In this document: positions 39,889-52,679 of the stretch, in pieces
How the letters are laid out: each line of letters starts with the position of its first letter
Position numbering within the stretch: position 1 is the first letter of the stretch
NCBI GenBank assembly: GCA_032718475.1
Contig: JAUCBJ010000970.1
Span: forward strand, 8,403-72,402
Direction: 5' to 3'
Length of the DNA stretch: 64,000 bases
Source: Nemertoderma westbladi
Taxonomy: Eukaryota; Animalia; Xenacoelomorpha
Notes under the pieces: model-generated
Seen by the model: the letters and a program-made list of their open reading frames with translations, nothing else
Told to the model about the DNA's origin: nothing
Databases searched by the model: none
Made by a program: the position numbers and the translations under genes

Positions 39889-40643
39889 GGGCCTGTTTAC
39901 ACGTGGCAACTTTTAGAGCAACTTTCTCGGCAACTAGCAACTTGTTTGGAGCAACTTAATTTAAACGCTGTTTACACGTGGCAACTTTACCAGCAACTTT
40001 ACCAGCAACTTTTAGAGCAACTTGGCTAGTTTAACTGTAAAATAGTGGGTCATTTTATCTACTAGCTAGTTTTTGATAATTTAATTTTATTATCCCGCTT
40101 TATTTCGCAAACGCAAATTCCTTCAAGTGCCGTAAAAGTTGAGCAACTTTTACGGTAACTTTTTTACAGCAACTTACGTCTTTAAGCACCATTTTCGTTA
40201 GCAAAAGTTGTATAAAAATTCTCAAAAGTTATATAAAAATTCGCAAAAGTTATATAAAAATTCCTAAAAGTTATATAAAAATTCGCAAAAGTTATATAAA
40301 AATTCCTAAAAGTTATATAAAAATTTCGAAAATCTATATAAAAGTTTAAGAAGTTTACATGTTATAGGCCTACTATTATTATTGTGTTCTAGAATATTTT
40401 CTTGATATTCTATTAACTTTTATTAATTTTTATATAACTTTTATGAATTTTATATAACTTTTAGGAATTTTTATATAACTTTTGGGAATTTTTATATAGC
40501 TTTTAACACAACTTTTGAAAATTGTTATAAAACTTTTGCTAACGAAAATGGTGCTTTACACGGAGCAACTTGATCGGCAACCTGGGTTGCTCTACAAGTT
40601 GCCGAGAAAGTTGCTCTAAAAGTTGCAACGTGTAAACAGGCCT
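39889..40643. mobile_element. PIF/Harbinger (Tourist-like) MITE
   Basis: About 45-bp TIR GGGCCTGTTTACACGTGGCAACTTTTAGAGCAACTTTCTCGGCAACT with its inverse at 40598-40643, and a 3-bp TSD TAA. Confidence 0.85.
40185..40555. mobile_element. Second PIF/Harbinger MITE nested in the first
   Basis: TIR AGCACCATTTTCGTTAGCAAAAGTT / AACTTTTGCTAACGAAAATGGTGCT, TSD TTA, and inverted 21-bp AAAAGTTATATAAAAATTC subterminal repeats. Confidence 0.85.
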
Positions 40644-40659
40644 TAAGGCGCTTGTAACC

Positions 40660-41420
40660 ATATGCAGTTTTCAGGTCGCGTTTGAATTGGTTGAGGTCAG
40701 TGCATATTCATAGCGAAGTGGAAGAGAGTTGAAGACTGTTGGAGCGGCTATTGCAATGGATCGTTTTTTTTTAATTATAAGTAGGAACTTTGAAAGTCCA
40801 CATGTATTCGGGTCGGGTATCAATGTATCATTATAGTTAGTTCGGAACCAATAAATCAATGAGATAGGTCGGGGTCGGGACCAGGGCCGGGTGAGTACAA
40901 AACAAAGACCAAAAACTTTGACTTTGACTTTACTGCCCCTGCCCGTTCTGTACAAAACGAAGAGGTAAAGTCGCGTTAAGTACCAAAGAGCGTTAGGTCC
41001 CATTGCCATTTAAAGGACCAGGTTAGTAAAGGAGCAGTTTACAGAGGCGTGTTGGGGAAACCAAAACATTAAACGATAGTTAACACATGTTACAAGATAA
41101 TGCAGGTCTTTTTAATTAGGTGTTTGTTTTGTACTCACACTGTCGGGGTCGGATTGTTAATATATTTCCAGGTTAATAAAGCTATTTTCGTATTCAATCC
41201 TATATCCTACTGGGTGTAAATCCTTTAAGGTATTGGTTATATGAGCTGTTTTTGGCAGCTTCTTAATTAATCTTACACAGGAATTTTGTAAAAGCTGAAG
41301 TCGATAGTTTGGAAGTCCATAGAGTAAACTATTATTTGAATATATTCTAATTCTGGAGATGATATTGAATTTACTAAACGTAGACAATTTTCTTCAGATA
41401 AATGTTTTGATACAGATATT
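40660..41420 (-). mobile_element. L2/CR1-type LINE ORF2 C-terminal fragment, interrupted by a MITE at about 40882-41141
   Basis: NSLLYGLPNYRLQLLQNSCVRLIKKLPKTAHITNTLKDLH.PVGYRIEY and SIAIAAPTVFNSLPL match typical L2/CR1 RT C-termini. The inner MITE has TIR GTGAGTACAAAACAAA / TTTGTTTTGTACTCAC. Confidence 0.75.
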
Positions 41421-42094
41421 GTTGGTACATATATTGGATATACTGTACATACACATACTGTATACTGTATATTGGATCTTGGATGTATAATAAATACCTT
41501 GGATACTCGTCGGCTTTTAATTTAAGCACCTTTAGTTAGATTGGAGGGCGAGAGTTCCGATATTCATATTGACCCAGGTACGGGGGTTTTGGTGTGTGTA
41601 TGTATCAATTAAATTAATTATATAATATACATGGTGGCATTACACAAATGTCTGTATAGCAGTATAGCTTCCACCCCCCCCCCCCCCCCCCCCATTTTAC
41701 TTCCCAATAATTTCAGAAATCAAGAAAACTTATACTTATAAACTTATATAACTCTAATATATATAATATACATATATAATCTAATTTAAAACATATATAC
41801 TTTGTTTAGCAGCTAAACATGTGCAACTTTTCCGAATGTCATCATCGATTACTGTAGCAAACATGTCTTACCAGTTAGATCATGGTTCGTATATTGGTGC
41901 GTGATATAATAATACTCGCTGTATCGATAAATTCATCGATTTTTTCATTAGCAGATGGTTTAACCCCCTAATTTAATGGCATTTAACTTTATATTCATAT
42001 AATTTACATTTTGGTTCAATTCCGATGTCCTGACTCTGCAGTCTGTAAGGTTTATAAATACTTTAATATACAAATATTTTCTCGAGAAATTATT

Positions 42095-42250
42095 ATGGAA
42101 TTAACCATTAATTCGTGTATTATATTTGACGCTATTTTGTTGATCGCCATTTTTGCGTTGAGTTATGCCGCAGCTGAGGAAGCCAATACGACACCCCAAG
42201 CGCCGGCTACGTTAGCCCCACCGTTTGCTATTCCATGGCGCTGGTGGTAG
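42095..42250 (+). CDS. Small signal-peptide ORF (51 aa) or first exon of a secreted/membrane protein
   Basis: MELTINSCIIFDAILLIAIFALSYAAAEEANTTPQAPATLAPPFAIPWRWW*: hydrophobic core, small-residue cleavage region and P/T/A-rich stalk. TATAAATA lies about 40 bp upstream. Possible donor TG|gtaggc at 42247. Confidence 0.5.
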   Translation: MELTINSCIIFDAILLIAIFALSYAAAEEANTTPQAPATLAPPFAIPWRWW

Positions 42251-43416
42251 GCCTACAACTGACTTGGTAGTCTACAGTACAATAGGGTGGTGTCAGGTGC
42301 TGGCAATTATTGTAAAGAGATTCATTCATATTATACTTTGGTGTTGTTGGTTTAATGAACATTATGTCCAGGAGATCGGTTTTATGGATAAATAATGTAA
42401 TAATGACTTGAGGTAATTATTATTAAGTTTTTTTCCGAACAAATAGACACTTACAGTACCTGCCATAGACTTTAGACTGAGATCGTCCCTGTCATATCAT
42501 AAGGGCCATAGTCAGAAAAACAAGTTTTTCAGGAAACAACTTTTTGATTTCTAAATTTTGTTTTAAAAAAAAAGGTAAAAAAATCTTGTGCCTTATTGTG
42601 TGCCTTATTTCTAGCACAAAAGTTAAGTTAATTATGTTGTATGTATCAATTGAAAACGGTGCCATGCGTTAGTTGTTATTAATAAGTTCAATTATTGAAT
42701 TTTTTGAAGTTTTTATAACATTTTATGATTTAGAGATGATATTTTTCAAAATGGCTTAACTATAGTTTAGAAGTTTGTATCTTTGAGCACCGAGTGGGAG
42801 TGCCTTATTGAGTCTTGTTGATTATGATTCGTCTTGTTGATTCGAATGGACACACTTTACTCAAGCACCGCACGGCTCGGTAGAGGCAACACGCAATGCC
42901 ACACCAACGCGCTCTTCAGCAATAAACATAACTTTTTCAATTATAGTGAAAGTAAATTCATATGAATTATGGTTCACCTGTGCAGGTCAGTGAATAGTGA
43001 TCACATTGGTTATATTGGGCGTACTGTAGGCCATTTTGATAAAAATACACAATCGAATGAATACTATCAGACTATAGAGTAAGATTCTCGGATGAAATTG
43101 GAAGTATGTCAGCAACCGTGATCTTTAGGTTCCTTCTGGCTGTCACTCAGGAAGCCTGTTCGAACCTGTTCTATTCTACTGTTCTATTCATTTTATTTTG
43201 TGATTTAGCCTAGCTGCTGCCTACTGGCCTAGTGTGATTTCTGATTTCAGGATTTGGCTGTTTAGTTATACAGACCTATCTATCTCGCCTATCCCGGTTT
43301 GCTCATTCAGTCATTTCTGGTTTTATGTACCGTCGTGTGTGTACCGCAGTACCGGTATCACAGATCAGTACACTACACAGTACAGCAGTAACGACACAAA
43401 TCCTCGTGTATCGATT

Positions 43417-43745
43417 GGGTAAATCTTTTCGACCTACGCGTAGGCTACGCGTGCTACGCGTAGCTACGCGTAGCTACGCGTAGTTCGCAACATTGGGTCA
43501 TATATCACCAGTTTCAGAGTTTTAACAATAACTACGCGTAGGTGCTACGCGTAGTTTCTAAATACCTACGCGTAGTTCCAAAATAACTACGCGTAGTTTT
43601 AAAACACCTACGCGTAGTTGTTAAAAAGGCAGTAAGTCTGGCCCTACCGGTAAATGACAGGAATGGAAGTTACAAACTACGCGTAGCTACGCGTAGCTAC
43701 GCGTAGCTACGCGTAGGCCTACGCGTAGGTCGAAAAGATTTACCC
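43417..43745. mobile_element. MITE with 8-bp TSD and arrays of the palindrome CTACGCGTAG, just upstream of the F-box gene
   Basis: Perfect 28-bp TIR GGGTAAATCTTTTCGACCTACGCGTAGG with its inverse, and TSD TATCGATT on both sides. Confidence 0.9.
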
Positions 43746-43874
43746 TATCGATTGGCGAAACTGAAACCTACAAAGTGCGAATGCTGAATTCGCTCGTTCT
43801 GACGTTGTTATAGTACCGGTACATAGGCTACAGTACAGCAGTAAACAGTACATGTCATTTATTGTAGTAGCACA

Positions 43875-45764
43875 ATGGAACGATTTCCAAATGAAGTGAT
43901 ATCACATATATTTTCCTACCTCGGTGTATCTGATCGCGGGTCCGCAGCCCTTGTATGTAAACGATGGTATCAACTATCTTTCTATAAACCACCGACTCAT
44001 TCGATTATTATAGACAAGGTACCAGACACCGGTTTGTTCTCCTGCCTAGAACGTCCCAGTAGCGCCGAGGTTAACGTTACGTGGGAATCATTCAGCGACC
44101 AATCTGTGTCCTCGATGCTCGAAGCCCGCTCCGTATGCTACCCCCGCCTGGGCCACTCGGTTACGTCTTTGAGTATCGCCGGAACCGACGTTACGTCATC
44201 GGGGTTTGTCTCTCTGATCCAATGTTTCCCGTCGTTGGGCCGACTCGATTTGTCGCGATGTCCCGGGGTTTTCATGCGAGACTTCCTGTCATCTTCCGAT
44301 CCATCAACTCGTTCCGTTATCCAGATTCTCTCCAACCTCGTCGCCCTCAACATCTCGCACAACAAACACCTGAGCGACTCCATGTTTCTCAGATTGGTGG
44401 CCCCCGCCCTTGGCTTGAAGGAGATCCACATAGCCGGGTCAATGACCTCCAACAACCAGAATCAATCACATCGCTCAGATTCTTCGAAAAATTCTTTATT
44501 TAGTTGGAAGGTTTTCTTTGATTTCATCCAATCACGTTCGTCCAAGTTGACGCTTATCGATATAGGAAGAACAGAGATAGAGGACAATCAGCTGTCAGAG
44601 GTAGTCTCCATCCCGGGCCTCCGCCTGGAGACCCTGATTCTCCGGGGTTGTAGGAACTTAACTTCGAGATCGTTAGGCAGCATCGCTAGATACCAACCGC
44701 TTATACGTCGCATTGACGTAAGTTTATTGGAGTTTATAAACCCCGGGTGTAATCTAATACAGAGTCTTTTAGCTTCCTGTAAACAACTGGTTGAGGTGGA
44801 TGCGAGTGGTTGTGGGTTGCTAGCCAATCAAAACCGTTCGTTGGTATGGAGCCATCGTGATTCCATCCAAAAAATCAACCTCAAAGACACTATGAATTCC
44901 TCATTCACTTATCTCAGTAATCCCAATGGTTTCCGATTAAACAACCTTGTTTACCTTGATGTTACCAACAACTTGGGAATCACTGACGATTGCATATCAT
45001 TGGTTCTCACATCGTCACTCCATCTACTTCATCTGTTCGTCTCCTCGCAAGTAATAACTGACGTCACGTTGACGAATCTCTCGCGATTGGGTCGCCAATT
45101 GCGCAGTTTATCTGTCACGTGGAATCCACGGCATTTGTCGAATTTCGGTTTGTGCGGAATTCTTGAACAACCAGCTGTTACGTCAACTAGTGGAGACTCA
45201 CATTCAGTTGATACAACAGTGCAGTTAATCACGCGATGTCAGTGTCTCTTTAAGCATGTGGATCTCGCAAAACAGTTGGACTTCTCGCGAATTTCCAGCT
45301 GTCCGCTCTCCGCAAATAATTTGAAAGAAATTTCCGGTTTAAAGAAACTTGACCTAACCGGTTGTTCCCTATTCACAAACTTCGGTTTGCTCCACGCGAT
45401 CTCGTTTCTAGAATTGGTCTCCTTGACTCTGAATATGTGCGTCTCTCTCACCGATCTTGGCGTCCGTGGTCTGTGTCGCCCCGGTGCTCTGCCCAGTTTG
45501 GAACTTCTGTCACTGAAACTCTGCCGTTTGCTGACGGACGACGCAGTACTCCATATCTCGCGAGAACTATCGCGTCTGCGGTACCTAAACGTGAGTTCCT
45601 GTCCGAAACTATCCAATAAATCGTTACATTATATCAACAGATTCTCTGATCGACTCAGAACCCTCGATATCTCTGGGAATCCCCTTATAACTCAGAACGG
45701 AGTGGATACCATCTGCGATCTATTGCCTAATCTAGAAGTAAACGGGAGACTCATTAGCTCTTAG
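43875..45764 (+). CDS. Intronless F-box/LRR protein (LRRC29/FBXL9-like), 629 aa
   Basis: N-terminal F-box (FPNEVISHIFSYLGVSDRGSAALVCKRWY) and many cysteine-containing LRRs (LKKLDLTGCSLFTN, LSLKLCRLLTDDAV, LRYLNVSSCPKLSNKSL). The C-terminal LRRs resemble LRRC29/FBXL9 from memory. Confidence 0.92.
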   Translation: MERFPNEVISHIFSYLGVSDRGSAALVCKRWYQLSFYKPPTHSIIIDKVPDTGLFSCLERPSSAEVNVTWESFSDQSVSSMLEARSVCYPRLGHSVTSLSIAGTDVTSSGFVSLIQCFPSLGRLDLSRCPGVFMRDFLSSSDPSTRSVIQILSNLVALNISHNKHLSDSMFLRLVAPALGLKEIHIAGSMTSNNQNQSHRSDSSKNSLFSWKVFFDFIQSRSSKLTLIDIGRTEIEDNQLSEVVSIPGLRLETLILRGCRNLTSRSLGSIARYQPLIRRIDVSLLEFINPGCNLIQSLLASCKQLVEVDASGCGLLANQNRSLVWSHRDSIQKINLKDTMNSSFTYLSNPNGFRLNNLVYLDVTNNLGITDDCISLVLTSSLHLLHLFVSSQVITDVTLTNLSRLGRQLRSLSVTWNPRHLSNFGLCGILEQPAVTSTSGDSHSVDTTVQLITRCQCLFKHVDLAKQLDFSRISSCPLSANNLKEISGLKKLDLTGCSLFTNFGLLHAISFLELVSLTLNMCVSLTDLGVRGLCRPGALPSLELLSLKLCRLLTDDAVLHISRELSRLRYLNVSSCPKLSNKSLHYINRFSDRLRTLDISGNPLITQNGVDTICDLLPNLEVNGRLISS

Positions 45765-46031
45765 AAATATATTTATCACATTTTTTTCAGTTTATCTGAA
45801 TTAAATTAATGAATTGAATATATGAAATACCGACTTCTACAACCGACGACTTTCGACATCTGACAGCAGACACTTTAATAGCACTTAGAATAATATATTT
45901 AAATACTTCAATATATTTTCCCATTAAAGGCATATGTGGTGTACGTCTTTTGCAAATACCGGGAATTCTGCCCATAAATATATTATGTTTCACTTTCATT
46001 TATACCCAAACCAACAACCACCAGATAGAAT

Positions 46032-49000
46032 AATGGCCATTACTTGGGCCAGGTCACGCAAGAATATGTTTGGCAATGGCCATTACTTGGGCCAGGTCAC
46101 GCGATAATATGTTTGGCAATGGCCATTACTTGGGTCAGGTCACGCGATAATATGTTTGGCAATGGCCATTACTTGGGCCAGGTCACGCAAGAATATGTTT
46201 GGCAATGGCCATTACTTGGGCCAGGTCACGCAAGAATATGTTTGGCAATGGCCATTACTTGGGCCAGGTCACGCAAGAATATGTTTGGCAATGGCCATTA
46301 CTTGGGTCAGGTCACGCAATAATATGTTTGGCAATGGCCATTACTTGGGTCAGGTCACGCGATAATATGTTTGGCAATGGCCATTACTTGGGCCAGGTCA
46401 CGCAAGAATATGTTTGGCAATGGCCATTACTTGGGCCAGGTCACGCAAGAATATGTTTGGCAATGGCCATTACTTGGGTCAGGTCACGCAAGAATATGTT
46501 TGGCAATGGCCATTACTTGGGCCAGGTCACGCGATAATATGTTTGGCAATGGCCATTACTTGGGTCAGGTCACGCGATAATATGTTTGGCAATGGCCATT
46601 ACTTGGGCCAGGTCACGCAAGAATATGTTTGGCAATGGCCATTACTTGGGCCAGGTCACGCGATAATATGTTTGGCAATGGCCATTACTTGGGCCAGGTC
46701 ACGCGATAATATGTTTGGCAATGGCCATTACTTGGGTCAGGTCACGCGATAATATGTTTGGCAATGGCCATTACTTGGGTCAGGTCACGCGATAATATGT
46801 TTGGCAATGGCCATTACTTGGGCCAGGTCACGCAAGAATATGTTTGGCAATGGCCATTACTTGGGCCAGGTCACGCGATAATATGTTTGGCAATGGCCAT
46901 TACTTGGGCCAGGTCACGCGATAATATGTTTGGCAATGGCCATTACTTGGGTCAGGTCACGCGATAATATGTTTGGCAATGGCCATTACTTGGGTCAGGT
47001 CACGCGATAATATGTTTGGCAATGGCCATTACTTGGGCCAGGTCACGCAAGAATATGTTTGGCAATGGCCATTACTTGGGCCAGGTCACGCAAGAATATG
47101 TTTGGCAATGGCCATTACTTGGGTCAGGTCACGCAAGAATATGTTTGGCAATGGCCATTACTTGGGCCAGGTCACGCAAGAATATGTTTGGCAATGGCCA
47201 TTACTTGGGTCAGGTCACGCGATAATATGTTTGGCAATGGCCATTACTTGGGCCAGGTCACGCAAGAATATGTTTGGCAATGGCCATTACTTGGGTCAGG
47301 TCACGCGATAATATGTTTGGCAATGGCCATTACTTGGGCCAGGTCACGCGATAATATGTTTGGCAATGGCCATTACTTGGGCCAGGTCACGCGATAATAT
47401 GTTTGGCAATGGCCATTACTTGGGCCAGGTCACGCAAGAATATGTTTGGCAATGGCCAATACTTGGGTCAGGTCACGCGATAATATGTTTGGCAATGGCC
47501 ATTACTTGGGCCAGGTCACGCAAGAATATGTTTGGCAATGGCCATTACTTGGGTCAGGTCACGCGATAATATGTTTGGCAATGGCCATTACTTGGGCCAG
47601 GTCACGCAAGAATATGTTTGGCAATGGCCATTACTTGGGTCAGGTCACGCGATAATATGTTTGGCAATGGCCATTACTTGGGCCAGGTCACGCGATAATA
47701 TGTTTGGCAATGGCCATTACTTGGGCCAGGTCACGCGATAATATGTTTGGCAATGGCCATTACTTGGGCCAGGTCACGCAAGAATATGTTTGGCAATGGC
47801 CATTACTTGGGTCAGGTCACGCGATAATATGTTTGGCAATGGCCATTACTTGGGCCAGGTCACGCAAGAATATGTTTGGCAATGGCCATTACTTGGGCCA
47901 GGTCACGCGATAATATGTTTGGCAATGGCCATTACTTGGGCCAGGTCACGCAAGAATATGTTTGGCAATGGCCATTACTTGGGCCAGGTCACGCGATAAT
48001 ATGTTTGGCAATGGCCATTACTTGGGCCAGGTCACGCGATAATATGTTTGGCAATGGCCATTACTTGGGCCAGGTCACGCAAGAATATGTTTGGCAATGG
48101 CCATTACTTGGGTCAGGTCACGCGATAATATGTTTGGCAATGGCCATTACTTGGGCCAGGTCACGCGATAATATGTTTGGCAATGGCCATTACTTGGGCC
48201 AGGTCACGCAAGAATATGTTTGGCAATGGCCATTACTTGGGTCAGGTCACGCGATAATATGTTTGGCAATGGCCATTACTTGGGCCAGGTCACGCGATAA
48301 TATGTTTGGCAATGGCCATTACTTGGGCCAGGTCACGCAAGAATATGTTTGGCAATGGCCAATACTTGGGTCAGGTCACGCGATAATATGTTTGGCAATG
48401 GCCATTACTTGGGCCAGGTCACGCAAGAATATGTTTGGCAATGGCCATTACTTGGGTCAGGTCACGCGATAATATGTTTGGCAATGGCCATTACTTGGGC
48501 CAGGTCACGCAAGAATATGTTTGGCAATGGCCATTACTTGGGTCAGGTCACGCGATAATATGTTTGGCAATGGCCATTACTTGGGCCAGGTCACGCGATA
48601 ATATGTTTGGCAATGGCCATTACTTGGGCCAGGTCACGCGATAATATGTTTGGCAATGGCCATTACTTGGGCCAGGTCACGCAAGAATATGTTTGGCAAT
48701 GGCCATTACTTGGGTCAGGTCACGCGATAATATGTTTGGCAATGGCCATTACTTGGGCCAGGTCACGCAAGAATATGTTTGGCAATGGCCATTACTTGGG
48801 CCAGGTCACGCGATAATATGTTTGGCAATGGCCATTACTTGGGCCAGGTCACGCAAGAATATGTTTGGCAATGGCCATTACTTGGGCCAGGTCACGCGAT
48901 AATATGTTTGGCAATGGCCATTACTTGGGCCAGGTCACGCGATAATATGTTTGGCAATGGCCATTACTTGGGCCAGGTCACGCAAGAATATGTTTGGCAA

Positions 49001-49762
49001 TGGCCATTACTTGGGTCAGGTCACGCGATAATATGTTTGGCAATGGCCATTACTTGGGTCAGGTCACGCGATAATATGTTTGGCAATGGCCATTACTTGG
49101 GCCAGGTCACGCAAGAATATGTTTGGCAATGGCCATTACTTGGGTCAGGTCACGCGATAATATGTTTGGCAATGGCCATTACTTGGGCCAGGTCACGCGA
49201 TAATATGTTTGGCAATGGCCATTACTTGGGCCAGGTCACGCGATAATATGTTTGGCAATGGCCATTACTTGGGCCAGGTCACGCAAGAATATGTTTGGCA
49301 ATGGCCATTACTTGGGTCAGGTCACGCGATAATATGTTTGGCAATGGCCATTACTTGGGCCAGGTCACGCAAGAATATGTTTGGCAATGGCCATTACTTG
49401 GGTCAGGTCACGCAAGAATATGTTTGGCAATGGCCATTACTTGGGCCAGGTCACGCGATAATATGTTTGGCAATGGCCATTACTTGGGCCAGGTCACGCA
49501 AGAATATGTTTGGCAATGGCCATTACTTGGGTCAGGTCACGCGATAATATGTTTGGCAATGGCCATTACTTGGGCCAGGTCACGCGATAATATGTTTGGC
49601 AATGGCCATTACTTGGGTCAGGTCACGCGATAATATGTTTGGCAATGGCCATTACTTGGGCCAGGTCACGCGATAATATGTTTGGCATGGCCATTACTTG
49701 GGCCAGGTCACGCGATAATATGTTTGGCAATGGCCATTACTTGGGCCAGGTGACGCGATAAT
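46032..49762. repeat. 43-bp satellite (AATGGCCATTACTTGGGYCAGGTCACGC[AAG/GAT]AATATGTTTGGC)
   Basis: About 87 copies with two main binary variant sites. The many short ORFs here are repeat artefacts. Confidence 0.98.
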
Positions 49763-50132
49763 AGTTGTCAGCTGTCGGTTGTCTGCAGTCGGTTGTCTGA
49801 TGGCGGTTGTCTGCTGTCGGTTTTCTGCCTCCTTAGCTAAAATACTCACATTTTTGGTTTTTTATTTCATCTGGTGCAGAATTGAATTGACTTTAGAAGA
49901 CAGACATACATGTTTGAGCTGGAAGGTTCAAACTTTAATTAAAGCAAATTATCTATCTCGGAAACGGAATTACATTTTTCGATTTCCAATCTTTCAAAAT
50001 ACTACTCCTCCGCCATTTGTCATTCAAATTCTATAATTTATGGCTCGTTTGAAGGTTTTTTTGTAGATTTTGGTAGACTCGCCAGCTCATTTAAAAAAAT
50101 TGTTCTAATACAGGATGTATTATTGCGAATTT

Positions 50133-50380
50133 TAATTAATTAAAATTAATTTATTAAAATTAATTTATTAATTAATTAAAATTAATTTATTAATTAATTA
50201 AAATTAATTTATTAAAATTAATTTAGTAATTAATTAAAATTAATTTATTAATTAATTAAAATTAATTTATTAAAATTAATTTATTAATTAATTAAAATTA
50301 ATTTATTAATTAATTAAAATTAATTTATTAATTAATTAAAATTAATTTATTAATTAATTAAAATTAATTTATTAATTAAT
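50133..50380. repeat. Pure A/T ~22-bp tandem repeat (ATTAATTAATTAAAATTAATTT)
   Basis: About 250 bp essentially without G or C. Confidence 0.9.
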
Positions 50381-50788
50381 AATTTTTATTTGTATTTTTA
50401 TTTAATTTAATTTTTATTTATTTATTTATTAAAATTAATGCATATATTCATATATTAATGATAGATTCAAAGGTGCTGTGATAGTGTTTTTAGTGAAATA
50501 TTTAATTCCGCCACTCGCCCCTAGAGGGACACAACAATTTCATTTTTTGTTGCGCTTTGGCCTTTTCCACTGGCTTTGCCCCCCCCCCCCCCCCCCCCCC
50601 TTAAATGAAAAATTGTACTATATTTGTAGCATAATGGTACGGAGCCCGTAAAGGGACATGAGAAAAAAATGTGTTTTTTTCTCTTGTCATTTTAGGGGCT
50701 CCGTATAATGGAGTGTAAATTATTAAAATTTTTGTTGAGATTGTACTCAAAATATTTATGTGGGAAAAAGTTAAGAGACAACGCATTA

Positions 50789-51962
50789 TGGGTGCAAACG
50801 TTGGTCAAAAGCAGACACTGGTGCAGACAGTGGTGCAGACAGTGTTGCAGACACTGGTGCAGACAGTGGTGCAAGCAGACACTGGTGCAGGCAGACACTG
50901 GTGCAGGCAGACACTGGTGCAGGCAGACACTGGTGCAGGCAGACACTGGTGCAGGCAGACACTGGTGCAGATACTGGTACAGACAGTGGTGCAGACAGTG
51001 GAGCAGACAGTAGTGCAGATAGTGGTGCAGACAGTGGTGCAGACACTGGTACAGACAGTGGAGCAGACAGTGGTGCAGACACTGGTACAGACAGTGGAGC
51101 AGACAGTGGTGCAGACAGTGGTTCAGACTCTGGTGCAGACAGTGTTGCAGACTCTGGTGCAGACACCTGGTGAAAATACTGTAATACCAGAGTGCACGCC
51201 TCAAAACACAGAACCACTAGGCAAGGCACTATTATTTTATAATTTATCATAGACTTTATTATCTACAACTATGCGCGTAACTACTGAAAGGTTCTACATG
51301 AAGTAGGGAGGTAGTATGTAGTACAAGTCGGGGTGTGTGGGGGGTGAATGTGCCCTGATTACAAATAATTATAAGTGGTGTGTACGAAATTAATTAAATC
51401 GGTATTCCCGTTTTCATATAAACAATAATGTCAACAAACTGTGAGCTGCATTTTAAGCGAAAGGCTTTGCTTGTTTATACATGACCTACTTTAGACAGAG
51501 TATGTTTAATTTGTTTACCTTTACTGGAGTGAATGCTTATTAATAAAACGATGTAATCAAGTTATTGTCTCATACTGGGGATATACACTCACTAACTAAT
51601 AATATAGAGCATGAACCAGTACATGCTCAGTCGTCAGGCTGACTGTTGGCAACTAATTCATATGTAATTGTTTATTGTTAATTGTTTCGTTTATTGTTTT
51701 GGTAAGAATAACGTGTCACTGTTAACTCACGCGCGGGAAATGATAACACTGTACCATGTCTGGTTTGAAAATACTGTTTGTTCTGGGCGCCGGGTGTTTT
51801 CACAAGGTGTTTGCACCACTGTCTACACCAGTGTATGCACCAGTGTCTGCTCCCCTGTCTGCACCACTGTCTGCACCACTGTCTGCACCAGTGTCTGCAC
51901 CACTGTCTGCACCAGTGTCTGCACCACTGTCTGCACCAGTGCCTGCTTAACGTTTACACCCA
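50789..51962. mobile_element. Foldback-like element with inverted 12-bp subterminal arrays (TGGTGCAGACAG / CTGTCTGCACCA)
   Basis: Termini TGGGTGCAAACGTT / AACGTTTACACCCA. The arrays at 50812-51170 and 51805-51947 are in opposite orientation. Confidence 0.75.
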
Positions 51963-52679
51963 CGATTATCATTTATAACCATGGTGACACTTTACTAAGT
52001 AAGTTTATTGAGAGAGGAAATTAATTTTATAGGATCGTTATCAGTGTGTGAAAAACAGTTGTGTCATTGGCAAAAAGGGTTGGAGTGTTTTAACATTCAA
52101 TTTATGTTTTCAAACTAATTTTCTGATCTTATAATATTTATGAACTAATTATTGCCTTTGTTTACAATGATTATACACTTACGTTACGTAATTTAAAGAT
52201 AATATGTAATCGTAATTTCAATTACTTTGGACTTTAATCCGGATATATTTGTCTGAATTTTGTGTTTTTGCAGGCCTTTCTTATACTTAAACATTAAACA
52301 CAGGCCATGGGTACTTATTTGATTGTCGATAAAATGTACCTACTGAATCGTAGATTACTTTAGTGAAACACCTATTAGGTTGTCATTAATTAATTAATAA
52401 ACCTTTTTCTCACTAAATTTGCAGCAACTGCGATTAATTATCTATTTATTACATTAAACAATAATTTCACATAATTTTTCAAAAATCTTATACAGTATCT
52501 CAGTTTTCATTCTTTCTTCAATTTCCCTCGTCTTTTTCGTGAAAGCTTTAATACCAGATGAAATTTGAAATATCTCATCAATCATTCATTTCTTCTAAAT
52601 ATTAATGCATATAAATAAATATATTCTGCCACCTTAGATAGATAGATAACCTACTGCAGTTATAAAAAAAGTAAATTTT

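Noticed and set aside
44081-45619. Alternative-frame and antisense ORFs within the F-box gene (likewise within FRMD4)
   Set aside because: These are expected shadow ORFs of GC-richer coding sequence and carry no motifs.
46044-49633. Many 69-198 aa ORFs (MAMAITW.., GQVTQEYVWQWPLL..)
   Set aside because: They are translations of a 43-bp repeat (not a multiple of 3), with stops set by the GAT/AAG variant.
50692-52024. His/Cys-rich, SAPL-rich or ADSG-rich repetitive proteins
   Set aside because: A 12-bp repeat is open in several frames on both strands and forms the inverted arms of a foldback element.
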